Source: the human T2T-CHM13v2.0 reference genome, Homo sapiens
Assembly (NCBI RefSeq): GCF_009914755.1
Contig: NC_060926.1
Direction: 5' to 3' (one strand)
Length of the DNA stretch: 64,000 bases
Below, one piece after another: positions 26,791-38,965 of the stretch. Made by a program: the position numbers and the translations under genes. Below the pieces are notes generated by a model, which was not told the DNA's origin, searched no databases, and saw nothing but the letters and a program-made list of their open reading frames with translations. Position 1 is the stretch's first letter. Each line of letters opens with the position of its first letter.

Positions 26791-27469
26791 TTATCTCCTG
26801 GACTGGCAGAGCCTAAAGTCCCTGCCTGAATAATTAGCCAGGTACCCCTCCAGCAGCATACTTTAAAGAAGTGTCTGGCCCCCTATCTCCAGTCTAGATC
26901 TGTCAAAGCTGAATAAATAAAGAAAAGTTGCTTTAATTACTTTTCTGAAATTTCTCCTTCCTGAAAACTTGTCTGTGGGTTAGAGAAAACAAGTTGAAAT
27001 TGCATGAAATGCTTTCTCTGAGTTCCTCTGCCAAGATCAATTTCTTGTAGCACGATGGAGGTAGTAAAATACGAATTCTGCTAGAGAAAACATCATGAGA
27101 TTGTAAAACTGACCTGATTTTCATGAAAAGAAAATCTATCTACCATAAATTCAGATCTGAGCACATATTTCATTTTATTTTTATCAACCGTGAGTAGGTT
27201 TGGCAAGCCTTATGACAAAATGATATCTGGGCATATATGTTAAGTTTTTAAAGGAAATTATCAAAAACTAAGGTCTCAGGTTAATGATTTACATGGAAAA
27301 TTGCTATCACATTACATTATCTTCTACAGTATTTGCAGGAGAACTGGTGAGAGAATTACAACCAAGATGATATAATGAAATGAAAATTTACAAGTTGAGG
27401 TGTGGGAAAGGGTAAAAGGATAACACTGAGCGATCACTAAGAAAAATGACTCAGGTTACTCAGTAAGCA

Positions 27470-27470
<1 letters not shown>

Positions 27471-27516
<46 letters not shown>

Positions 27517-27517
27517 C
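27471..27517. repeat. (TG)20(CG)3 microsatellite
   Basis: Uninterrupted purine-pyrimidine alternation. Confidence 0.95.
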
Positions 27518-29451
27518 AAAGAAAACGAGAGGGAGAAGGAAAGAGAAATTTAAAGACAGAGATAGAATAAAATGTCTTGAGTTTTATGATAAGAAATAGC
27601 CACTTAATATTGGAGGCAAATGAGGTCTAAAAAGATTGGAGGCATTAATAAAATTAATAACACCAGTTCCTCGCCCTTCTTTGTGTTAAGCAGATAGGAG
27701 CAGTGAGAGGTTGAAGGCCAAGGTGATAGCAAGGGTTTGGTAGCAGCAATTATGTCATATCCTAGGGCCAGGGCCTAGGACCACACAATGGGATGAGACA
27801 GACTGGAAGAGGCCAAGACTGGAACTCAACCCGCCCACTGGAGTAGTGCAGGTAGTAGGATATCAGGGAGTCTGTACAAAGCCACCAAAGATGGAAGGTC
27901 CATTCCGAAGAAACAAAACACAGAACCCAGAAAATATGGAAATCTAGATTATACAGAAGCCAGGTAAACCACTGGGTGAGATGGGCAAGAAAGCATGGAG
28001 CTGAGTGATGTAGAATGGAGGATAAAACAGGACAGATGGCTGCTCATAGCATCATGTAGCAGAGTTCTGTCATTATCTGTTCTCCAAAGGGACTGATCAC
28101 AAGAAGAATGTGCCTTCATTTAGGATGAACTGAAGTCTTGAAATCAACACAGGGAAGCAAAAACCAGTTAGAAAGTCAAATATGACTTTCAGGCAGATTT
28201 CAGGAATCTAGTAGTTTACTGCTTTTGTTTCTGAGTATCTGGAAGAACACATGTGATATGCAGAAATTTGATAGTAAAGTATCTGGTAAATGAAAGACTG
28301 GACTTTTGGAACTGGAGAATAGTTCAGAGACCGATGATCAACAAGCTTATTGGGATGCTGAGGCTCAGAGGAGAGCTAGGCTCAGGCTTGTGAAGTTCCT
28401 CCTGCTTAAGGTCACGGTGGAGTGGGGCTGAGAAAATTGGTTGGGATCAGTCCAGACTTGTGGAGAACTGGAGGAAAGGAATGAAGCTGAGAAAGAATTT
28501 GGAGAAAAATTGAAACTTTCTACCTGCTTCCTCTCAAATCTCTTCTGTATGACTATATCTTTATGATTATCTATAACTTCTATTAATTATTTAAGTAAAT
28601 AGTGTTTGCAAGGGTCCGAACATGGGAGAAAGATAATAATATGGGAGGTTAAGGAATCTTGTGGGGAGAAGATAATAAATTCTTATCTTGATATATTTAA
28701 TCCAAGTCATGATGGGAAATGTCTTATAGAATGTATATTAACAGCGTATTTGTACATAACAGATCTGGAGTGAAGACGAAGTATCTGGATGGCAAGACTC
28801 TCTGTATATTTGTCATGCATTCTGAAGTGGTAATTGAAGGCACTGATGTGAGCTAATAGACTTTTTTCCAAAGGAGTGACCTTAAAAGAAAAATCAAAGA
28901 AATGTGAAATCCAATATTGTAATAATATCACTGGTAAGAGTGTAAAAGAGTAAAGGGAGGCGGGGAGAAAGGGAGACCGAGAGGGGTGAGTTACAGGAAG
29001 GCTGAGAAATGCTAGGGTCCTTGAAGCTTAGGGTAGGATGTCTTTCAACTTGAAGGAGGAAGTGCTAATATTTAAAAATCAGGAGACTAACAACTTTATG
29101 GGGGTGGGGGGAAGGGTCACAGTTTGGGCTGAGAGGAGGCTATTAAAAATAAAACCAAATAGCTGACTTGTGTTGTGATTTGAGGAAGGACAAGGAAAAA
29201 TTTTCAAGTTGTAATGTTGGTGGTGGTACGCTCAAAGAGTTTTAATACAAAAGAGGAGTTGAATGAAATGACACATGGTAGGGGCAGTTGTAGTGAGTGG
29301 TGACTTTCCAGAGAAGGTGTCCTGAGAAAACTCAAGCATGCATTAAAACTTAAGAAGTGAATTCTCAGTAAATACAAGGCTCATTTCACCTTGAGAAATG
29401 AGCCTCTGACCTTGTGAGGTCCTCAGTTTTATGGAAGGAACATAATATTAG

Positions 29452-29652
29452 ACCAGTGGGTCCTGAGATCCAGCTGGCTACTTGCATTTCCTGTGAAGCT
29501 TTAGAAACGAAGATTCCTTGTCGTTATCATCAAATCAGAGCCTCTGCATGCGTAGATGAAAGGTGAGCATGGGGAATCTATAGTGCTGAAAAGCTCCCCT
29601 AATATATCTAATGCAATGATCCATCAATTGGTGTTAGGGAAATATTCTACTA
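29452..29652. mobile_element. MER5-like DNA transposon fossil
   Basis: accagtgggtcct...cctgtgaagctttagaaa...gaaaagctcccctaatatatctaatgc. Confidence 0.45.
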
Positions 29653-30789
29653 GACCTGCACCTACTCCCAGGTTAAGAGGCTTAACAGCAAATATCATTA
29701 AGGGCCTTAAAAAATAACCCTTTTCTTTCATTATCTGTCTCACTCCCCACATTTAAACCGCTCATGAAATTTACACTTTTCCATGACGCTTTCTTAGATT
29801 GATCAGGTGTCATATTCAGGGGATGAAAGCAAAAGGTAGTTCTTTGTGGCTCTTGTGGATTCTTCACACTGTATTTTAAGAGAGAAATTTTCTATCAAGT
29901 CTACTCTCAGTGCATTGATTAGTGGTAAAAGTCCATTTATTATCTCACAGAATTACTAAGTCTGTAGCATATTCTGCAGAGGGGGTGTTCTTTATGGTAG
30001 ATCGATTTGTTCTGTAACTTGTATAATTTTCCATTAGAAGATGTCATGGAAGTGCTCCTGTTCATATCCCACACATCAGTGGCTGCAAATCAAATGAAGC
30101 CTGTTACTTGTTACTGTAGAATTGGACCAGGTTTGTCTGATACTATTCCATGCCAAGCCATTTGCCCCAGTTCCCATTTGGGGGCCAGATGAAATTATTT
30201 TGAGTGCATTTCGATAGTGATATCCCTCCTGATAAATTTAGCCTTTACTGAGGGATCCACTTTCTACGCATGCATGTAACTGCTATTTTCCCTGAGCTCA
30301 GAGATCATTGGCAGAAGTGACAGCTGGTGCCTCGGGATGGAGCTATAATTTTATGGTGCAGTGTCTACGGCTGGAAATGCAACTAGCAAACCACAAATGC
30401 CAAACACATCATAAAGGAAAATGTTCCTTAGGAAGTACTTGCCAATTTCTGAGCAATTAATTAGTCCCTAACATACACACTGACTTGTATGAATAAAACA
30501 GCCTAGGAAATTAATTTAATTAAGCAGACAGTTACGATAAAATTAGGTGCTTTCCCCCTTTAGCAAAAGATCTCTCTTTCATACCCACTTCTGGCTTGCA
30601 TCCTCACTCTCTGGTAGGTCTGCTTCCATTTTCCAAACTCTTATAAGGACTCTAAAGGAAATTCAGTATTCTTAGAATGAGAGGAAACTGACTGGTTATT
30701 CCAAGTGAAACTGCTTGTCTCCAAGACATTTTCCTGTTGAAATTTTCCCCAGCTTGCTATACCTTTTCTCCACTTTCTATGGAACCAAG

Positions 30790-30941
30790 AGAGTGGTAGT
30801 ATCTGTGAGGTTCAAGATAGGATCTATTGACAAAGCTCCAGAGTGGTAGTATCTGTGAGGTTCAAGACAGGATCTATTGACAAAGCTCCAGAGTGGTAGT
30901 ATCTGTGAGGTTCAAGACAGGATCTATTGACAAAGCTCCAG
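30790..30941. repeat. Tandem array, 3 x 50 bp (candidate VNTR)
   Basis: gagtggtagtatctgtgaggttcaaga(t/c)aggatctattgacaaagctcca at 30791, 30841 and 30891; one mismatch in total. Confidence 0.96.
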
Positions 30942-33128
30942 GGAAGAATGACTGTCCAGAAATGCTCCTTGGGAATAGCTTTTGTGGAAAGAAAGCAGTG
31001 CCTCCACCCCACATCTTTAGTTCTGGCAGCTCCCTATAGCGACAAAGTGAATATAGATCAGAAGGACAGGAGTGCATATCAGAATGGACCAGATGAGGAA
31101 CAGCAGAGGAACATAAGATTCAGGGCAGCTCCAAACTTCTAGAAGGACTTGCCAACTCTGGTCAGTTGAAAAAGTCATTATATGAATATCTTATTTTTCT
31201 AAAATGAATGTGTGTTAGATTAAATGAAAGATATAGGAAGGGAACATGTGAACATTGGTAAAATATAGGGATTAGAAGTAAAGGAGGGATTAGTGTTTTG
31301 GAAGATAACGGTAGCAAAAAACCTCAAAACAATTGTGTTTGAAATCACATACACACTGGCCTAATTGACTGGACATTCTTACATGGAATGCTACTAACCA
31401 GAGTTCTTGTTTGCATTTCCCAAGCCTAGAAAGATGATATATAATTATCACCATTACATATTTATTTAGTGTGCTCTCTGAGATGCCCAAAACACTTGGT
31501 GACATATTTAATTAATTCATATCACTTCTATAAAATATTTCAGGTATTTAATTTCAGTTGCTATAAGAAAAATATTTATTGATTTCTTTTTTAAAAAAGA
31601 CTGCAGTTGGTAAAACTGACCCAGAGTATAAATACAGAATGAAACCTGCAGTGAGAAATGAATTCCACAGTAATACAGATAACAAGGAGAATAAAACCCA
31701 AAGTCAGAGACCTTGATATTTGATTATCTTCAGTTGTTTGGAATGCATGGTTTGAGCATGCTCATGAGAACACTGGCATGATACTGGGTAGGTTCCCTCT
31801 TTAAGGCACTAACTACTCTGGAGAGTGACTCCAAAATGTGGTTTCCCACTCCTCATTACTATGACAAATTTCACATTAACTCAATTGTCAGACCCTTTCC
31901 CTGCTGATACAGGGTTGAAGGGTTGGCTTGGTGATCAATTCTTTGAGCTTTCAGAGAGATTTTGCATCTTAATGGAAAGCTAATTTAAGGAAAAAAAAAA
32001 AAAAGAAGTTGAACTAGGATTTGCTCTAGGGACCATAACATGAATGTTCTATTGTAAGCTTCTTGATGGAAGGCATTATATTTTAAAATCCTATAGTAAT
32101 ACAATTAATAAATACAGAAAATGCCAGCTGATATAATAGAAAATTGTTCAAGTTCAAGACTCCAAAAATTAATCTGATCCCATTTCAAAGTGAAGCTAAA
32201 AAGATGTCCATGTTTTTAGTTGTGGAATTTAGAGTATGTGATGGGGCCTACTTGGAATCCTAGTAGACAGAGGAATTAAATAATAAAATTTGCATTACTC
32301 AGATCTATCATAGTGGTGGAAATGGACACTGCTCACCTTGTGAGCCTTGAATGAATCAATGTTGGATCACTGGCTTGCAATGGATGAAGCTTGGCAGGCG
32401 TGGTCTTCCTGAAGTGGCACTCCTCTAGACCAACACATGATACTCTTATTCCATCATAATCATACTACAGAGAATAGACCCCCATAAGGACCATAAATAT
32501 TGTTTGTCTGTACTGTACTGCAGGTGATCAAAACTCTGGCAACCAATAGGATTTATTTTCTAGAGGACAGATACTACTCCAAAACAATACTAGATCAAAA
32601 AGGAAGGCTTTAAAAATTACACAGAAGTGTTTGTGGCAAAGATCCCTCTTTGTATGTGTAGGACTATAGGTATTAAGATTCGGAAGCAAGCAGAACAAGT
32701 TCTGCTATACTATTTGCCAGGAATCTATGTCCTCAAAATTCCTCTCCTCATTTAGAAAAACACAATTACAAAAACTCAGCCATAGAGTTTGCAGTTTGAC
32801 ATGTTGCTGATTCTACATGATAATTGATCACTTCAAAACTGACAGGACTTACATTAGGCTCTTGTTCTTAGTTTTAGTTTTAACAGGGGAACCAGGAAAG
32901 AAAGAAAGATTGCTCATCAGTGGCCATATTTGGCAAAGGCAAGACTCTCTTCCCCCAATTCATTCATCCTGATAGAGATTGACACAGACCAGATGTTATT
33001 CCAATGTTAAAATTACATTGTTTTCATAACAAAGTCAGCTTATATTACTCTTCAAGAGATCACACTAATGCTCCTTTGTATACTGTTATGAGGAGGGTGA
33101 GTTAGATCTTTCCAGAGGACTTGCCAAG

Positions 33129-33226
33129 CACAAACTATAAGAAGAGTTAAGATTTTCTCAAGGCATTCACTAGCTGGCTTACAATCTACATATCTATGTG
33201 TCTCTGCAGCACATAGAGGATTTCAA
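33129..33226 (+). repeat. Direct duplicate, partner 34973-35072
   Basis: cacaaactat..gagttaagattttctca..ctagctggcttacaa.ctacatatctatgtg..tgcagcacat.gaggatttcaa shared; about 9 substitutions and one 2-bp indel. Confidence 0.9.
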
Positions 33227-33235
33227 GTCATTGAG

Positions 33236-33352
33236 ATATATATAAATATATATATATAAATATATATATAAATATATATATATAAATATATATATATAAA
33301 TATATATATAAATATATATATATAAATATATATATATAAATATATATATATA

Positions 33353-33386
<34 letters not shown>

Positions 33387-33387
33387 A
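33236..33387. repeat. AT-only simple repeat ((TA)nAA units)
   Basis: About 150 bp of tatatatataaa-type units. Confidence 0.95.
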
Positions 33388-33679
33388 CCTCTTTTAGTAA
33401 TTTCTGATACTTAGAAGAAATTACAGGTACTTGTTCTTCAGGTAGGTTGAGAGCTAGCGATTTCATTGGCTAGAGCTTTTTTGTTGCTTATTTTCTTTGT
33501 CCTTTCCTCTCAGGTCATGGTGACCTTAAATTATGATTCCAATGCTTAAGAGTTTTATGTGTGCTATTTTTCCCATGTAACATCTGGAACTTGGAAGGTA
33601 AAAATTCCAAATCAAGGGCCAGAATCCATATGGGCTCAGCACATGTAAACCATAATTTTGGAAGCTTAGTCCCTCTTAG

Positions 33680-33802
33680 CCCCCTTATCATTGCTGCATT
33701 CCCACTTACTATATCACCTCTGTGGCCTTGATGGCAAGTTTGGGAACTGAGAACTCCTGAAAATGCCAACAAGCAGTCATCTTCAGGGGATTCTAATAGT
33801 AA
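33680..33802 (-). repeat. Inverted duplicate (123 bp), partner 34836-34958
   Basis: Ungapped reverse-complement alignment with 18 mismatches by manual count (~85%). Confidence 0.9.
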
Positions 33803-34835
33803 AAGGCCAAATGAAGACATTCCTTGCTGACCAAGTCACCATAACTCTTAAACTATTGCCGTGAGCCAGAAGAAGGAATTTTTTTCTTTTAGCTTTAGAG
33901 ACTTTGTCCTTAATTGACTTCATGCTTCTTATTACTCACAATATTCATTTTTATATAGTCGGTTTATATTGTAGAAAACAACCCACTTAAATATTTATAT
34001 ATGATAAAACTGGTGAGTATGAGTGAGATTATAAAACAAGTTAATATATTTAATATTACAAAGAATGCTAACATTTCTTTATTTCCACACAACACTCTCT
34101 TCTCTTCTTTTATTCTCTTCTCTTTTTGCCTTTAAGCAAAATAAAAAAGACTCAAAGTAAGGGCGAGAATTATAATGCCAAAATACTCAGGAATATCATT
34201 CAAATCTTGAACGGAGACCCCCACTCCCTCAAAAAAAAAAGAAAAGAAAAAAGTTATCCATAAATAATGTACTTCTCCTTCAAGATTACTAGGTTATGTA
34301 AGATAAATGCCACCATTTTCTCCTCATGCTACTTAATCTAAGAAGTCTTATGATTTTCTGTTTTTCAATTTCTTATGTTTTCAATTTCTTGTGACTTGTC
34401 AAAGGTATGACTGGTTGGGTTCTAATCAATATTTTTCTACTCATTCAACACTATTTGGCTCTAAAACCAAAACAAAATTCAATTTACAAATATATTATTT
34501 TTGTGGTAAATTTTAGATTGTCTATTACTCCAAACCAGAGATTTTAATGCTAATGTTTGTTTTGAGGAGAAATGAGAATTAAGCTTGATCTTGATGATCA
34601 ACCACAGCAAAATTATCTCCAGTTAGGAAACACCAGTCTAAATTGAAGGTATAGTATGTCTCCACTTTCCCTGAATGACTACATGGTATTTTACTAAGCT
34701 TTGCCTTTGTAAGTACACACAGAAGGGTTCTTGACTATTCTGGCTTGAAGAACTTATGCTGAAATGAGTCATGTAAACCATGGCAGAGAGTCACAAAACT
34801 GGAAACATGGAAGGCTGTATGGTCATAGAAACACC

Positions 34836-35072
34836 TTACCAGTAGAGTACCCTGAAGAAGACTTCTTGTTAGCATTTGCATGAGTTCTTGGTCCCCAAAC
34901 TTACCATCAAGGCCACAGAGGTAATAAAGTCAATGGGAAAGCAGCAATGATAAGGGGGTCAGGAGGTCATAACACAAACTATTGGAGGAGTTAAGATTTT
35001 CTCAGAGCATTCTCTAGCTGGCTTACAACCTACATATCTATGTGCCTCTTTGCAGCACATGGAGGATTTCAA
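34836..35072. repeat. Composite segment: inverted copy of 33680-33802, a 14-bp linker, then a direct copy of 33129-33226
   Basis: Manual alignments as above. Confidence 0.88.
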
Positions 35073-35369
35073 CACTGAACATTTGAACATTAGATATATA
35101 AAAGCATGTGTATATGCATGCATGCTGGTGTGTGTACACATGCTGGTGTGTGTACACGTGGAGGTGTGTGCACCCTAGACCTTTTTTGCTATACTATCCT
35201 TAGAGGATGTGTTTCCAAAGATTAGATCAGCACCATGGAGCAAAGTGCAAGGAATGAAAATTAATCCAGTGTTAACAGCTTTATACAGTAAGAAGAGTAG
35301 GTCAAAATGTTTAAAATTCTCACTGGGATCTATGAACAATTTTTTATGCTATCCTCTCCACCTCAAATG

Positions 35370-35672
35370 TCCTACTTCCACATCCTTGCACGTCCAAATC
35401 TTGCTCAATCCTTTTAGATGTAGCTGTTAGGACACCCCTTCACAAAGCTATCTGTGATTTATCACTCAGAATTACCTCTTTTCTGAATTTACCATCAGAT
35501 TTTTTTCTGTAAATTCACATGGTATAGATCACTTCCTGACTTGTATGGTGATTATGTTTCTACCTGATTGTTAATAGTGAACTATAAACATCTTCAGAAC
35601 AAAATCCCTGTCTGCTTCAACTTTGCATTTCTGAATAGAAGGGGAAACAATCAAGAAATATTTACTGAATCA
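35370..35672 (+). mobile_element. L2 3' fragment
   Basis: ccttgcacgtccaaatcttgctcaatcctttt...tcaagaaatatttactgaat L2-like terminus. Confidence 0.45.
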
Positions 35673-36831
35673 AAATATATAATGGTGGCCATATATTTTA
35701 TCCTTTTTTTCTAAGCTAATAGCATTTCTCCCACTCTTAAAAGGCATATGCAGAAATCACCAAGGGTGATGTGACAGCATAACATTAGCAAAGTTTAAAA
35801 GTACACAAGAGCTAAACTGTGGATACCCACACAAACAGGGAGAGACCTACTTCCTGGTGTCAATGAAATTACAGCTCTAAAGAGCCAATATGTCATTTAA
35901 TTTAAAAGTCACTGTTCATGAATTGCAATTACCCTCTGGCCTGCAAGCATGTGTTCATAGCTAAGAAATTTTCTCTATGCCCAGGTAGAATATATTGCTG
36001 GCTTTTCCAGGGGAACCTAATGCCAAATAGAATGGCACCTACATAACCAACTTGAGGCATGCTTTAAAAAGTGTCCCTGTGATAAGCCACAAGAAATGAC
36101 AGACTATGTTGAGGAACTCAGTGACTCTACAGCCATGCTAGGCTTGGAGCCCACTCAGACAACAACATGGGATTGTTGTTTTTAAGCCAATTGCTCACAG
36201 TCGATAAAACAAAAGGATTAAACTTTTGACAGACTTTCCCTATTCTCACCAACTGGCTAATGCTAGTGCTGCTTTGCTCAGGCCTCCTTAAGCATGTTTA
36301 CTTGCAATTCCTTCCAAATGTCACTTACTAGAAACTGCATTCCTGATTCTGGAGGTAATAATCCTGGAGACACAGCTTTCATCAGCTAATGGGTAGTGAC
36401 TCAGAGTATATCCAGAGACAAACAAATTAAAGAGCATGGAAGATTGGAGCAAACAGCTAAAGAACTTTGTTGTGATATATTTAGAAAGCAGGCATTCTGT
36501 TCCCCAATAACATTGTGCTAATATTGGTGCTTTCCATTTACTGGATTTGATTGCCAGCAAAACCTAAACAGAAATGTTTTACATCCATCAACTACTCCCA
36601 AATCATTGGTCTGAAAAAATGCCATTCTGTAATATGCCTACTGCTAACACTTCCATTAGTTGCTCAAGAGAAATGCAAGAATAGCTTAGAGGAGTCTTAG
36701 CCAAAAATATATAATTCTGACATATGGAGAAAACCAATGCAATAATTTACAAAAGATTAACTGTTAAAGTGCTGCTAAAGGTTGGGGGGATTACTTTAAT
36801 CAAATGCCTGCATTCTAATATGGTGAGGGTT

Positions 36832-37167
<336 letters not shown>

Positions 37168-37778
37168 TAAGTGAGGAAGAAAAACATGTAGAAAGATCCC
37201 TGTGTTCTTTAGATGACATTTGAAAAATGCACACATGCTTTTAAAAGCCATTTGTTGCACTTACTCTTCAGGAGGTATGCTTAAATGTCTGTTCAGAAAA
37301 CATCTTAAATTTGGGATACATTGTTCTGTCTTTTAAGATTGCTTTAGACTGCTACTTACTTTAAAAGAATTGTGAGATTACTCTAGGTGTATGTTTATAA
37401 AAAATTCAAAGTTCAGAAAATTCCTGTAAGCCCCTTAAGAGCATTTTAATTGTAGCATTTTTCCTATGATCCTTTAAGAAAATCCGCTACGGGTTTTCAG
37501 ATTATGTTTCCACCCCAGTTGAGAGTAACCACAATGACAACTATGTACTGCAATTTGCAGCAGAAATGACTACACATTTCTGCCCTTAGCTGAAAGAAAA
37601 ACAACCATATGGACCTTGTTCTTAGCCAGCGCTCCATTAGCTAATTAAATTTACAAAGCCCAACCAGTAAGAGAACATGGATTAGCCCCATTCTAATGAC
37701 TCTATCCCTTTGGCGGAGCTAATGTTGTCTTGTTTCAGAGCAGACTAGAGAAACTTGACTTACTTTGAATAGGTCAGA

Positions 37779-38053
37779 CAGGTTAGTCCAACAGAAATAC
37801 AATGCAAGTCACATATATATGCAAAAAGATAAAGGTGAAAATTTAATAATAACTTTTATTTACTCAATATATCCAACATATCAAAATCTTAACATATAAT
37901 TAATATAAATTTTAAGATTTTTATATTCTTTTTTTCATACTAAATCTTTGAAATCTGGTATTTATGGTTACTGCACTTCTTAATGTGGGTTAGCCACATG
38001 TCAGTGATTTAATAGCTACGTATGACTAGTGGCTACCATATTGAATGGTACAG
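37779..38053. mobile_element. MER33 (hAT-Charlie) MITE
   Basis: gtccaacagaaatacaatgcaagtcacata...catactaaatctttgaaatctgg...tagtggctaccatattg. Confidence 0.75.
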
Positions 38054-38257
38054 GATTGAGTGGTGAGATGTGCCATTCCATCTTCTTTCCATTGTTCACA
38101 CTCATAATCTATTTCAGGAGTACAGTGCTTCACTTTTCATACGTGCATATCAGCTGGGCATATAGTCATTTTAAATTCTGAATTAACCTGAAGATGAAAG
38201 AACAGTGGCCAACTTATTTCCTTTTAAGAAAAACTCTCTCTAGTTAAAAATACAACA

Positions 38258-38398
38258 TGCATAAGTATGTGAGGTAATGTATAATTATTAATAGCTCAAT
38301 TTAGCCTTTCCATAAGGTATACCTATTTGAAAACATGTTGTACATCATAAATATATAGTTTTCATCAATTTAAAAATAACTTAAAAATAAATAAAAAC
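38258..38398 (+). mobile_element. Short L1MA-type 3' end
   Basis: ataagtatgtgaggtaatg...atagctcaatttagcc...aacatgttgtacatcataaatatata followed by an A-rich tail. Confidence 0.7.
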
Positions 38399-38544
38399 AT
38401 CATTTATAAGTCTAAAAAGTGCTAGGGGCAAAATAAGGCCCTCTCTCTAGCCTATTGACCCATTTTGAAGTAAATGATTACAGCTGTGGAATGCTTCAAG
38501 GAACTTAAGGTATGATGTGACAGCTTGAGTTTGAAAGTCTTCTC

Positions 38545-38965
38545 TCGTTCTTTTTTATGACTGCATAGTATTCCATGGTGTATATGTACCACATTTTCTT
38601 TATCCAGTCTATCACTGACTTTGCAGGGACATGGATGGAGCTGGAGGCCATTATCCATAGCGGACTAACAAAGGAACAGAAAACCAAACACCGCAGGTTC
38701 TCACTTACAAGAGGGAGCTAATTGATGAGAACACATGGACACACAGAGGGGAACAACACACACTGGGGCCTTTCAAATGGTGGAAGGTGGGAGGAGAGAG
38801 AGGATGAGGAAAAATAACTAATGGGTACTAGGCTTAATAACTGGATGATGAGATAATCTGTACAATAAATCTCCATGACACAAGTTTACCTATGTAGCAA
38901 ACCTGCGCTTGTACATCTGAACTTAAAAGTTGAAAAAATATCTTGAAAAAAAAAAAAAAAAAGAA
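38545..38965 (+). mobile_element. Truncated L1 (old L1PA/L1PB-type 3' UTR) with a 5' inversion (twin priming); TSD aaagtcttctc
   Basis: 38545-38618 is minus-strand L1 sequence and 38619-38962 is plus-strand 3' UTR with poly-A; TSD at 38534-38544 / 38966-38976. Confidence 0.9.

Noticed and set aside
30790-30941. CRISPR-like array
   Set aside because: The repeats are head-to-tail with no spacers, in a eukaryotic intron with no cas genes.
33194-33466. 90-aa Ile/Tyr-rich ORF
   Set aside because: Artefact of the AT microsatellite.
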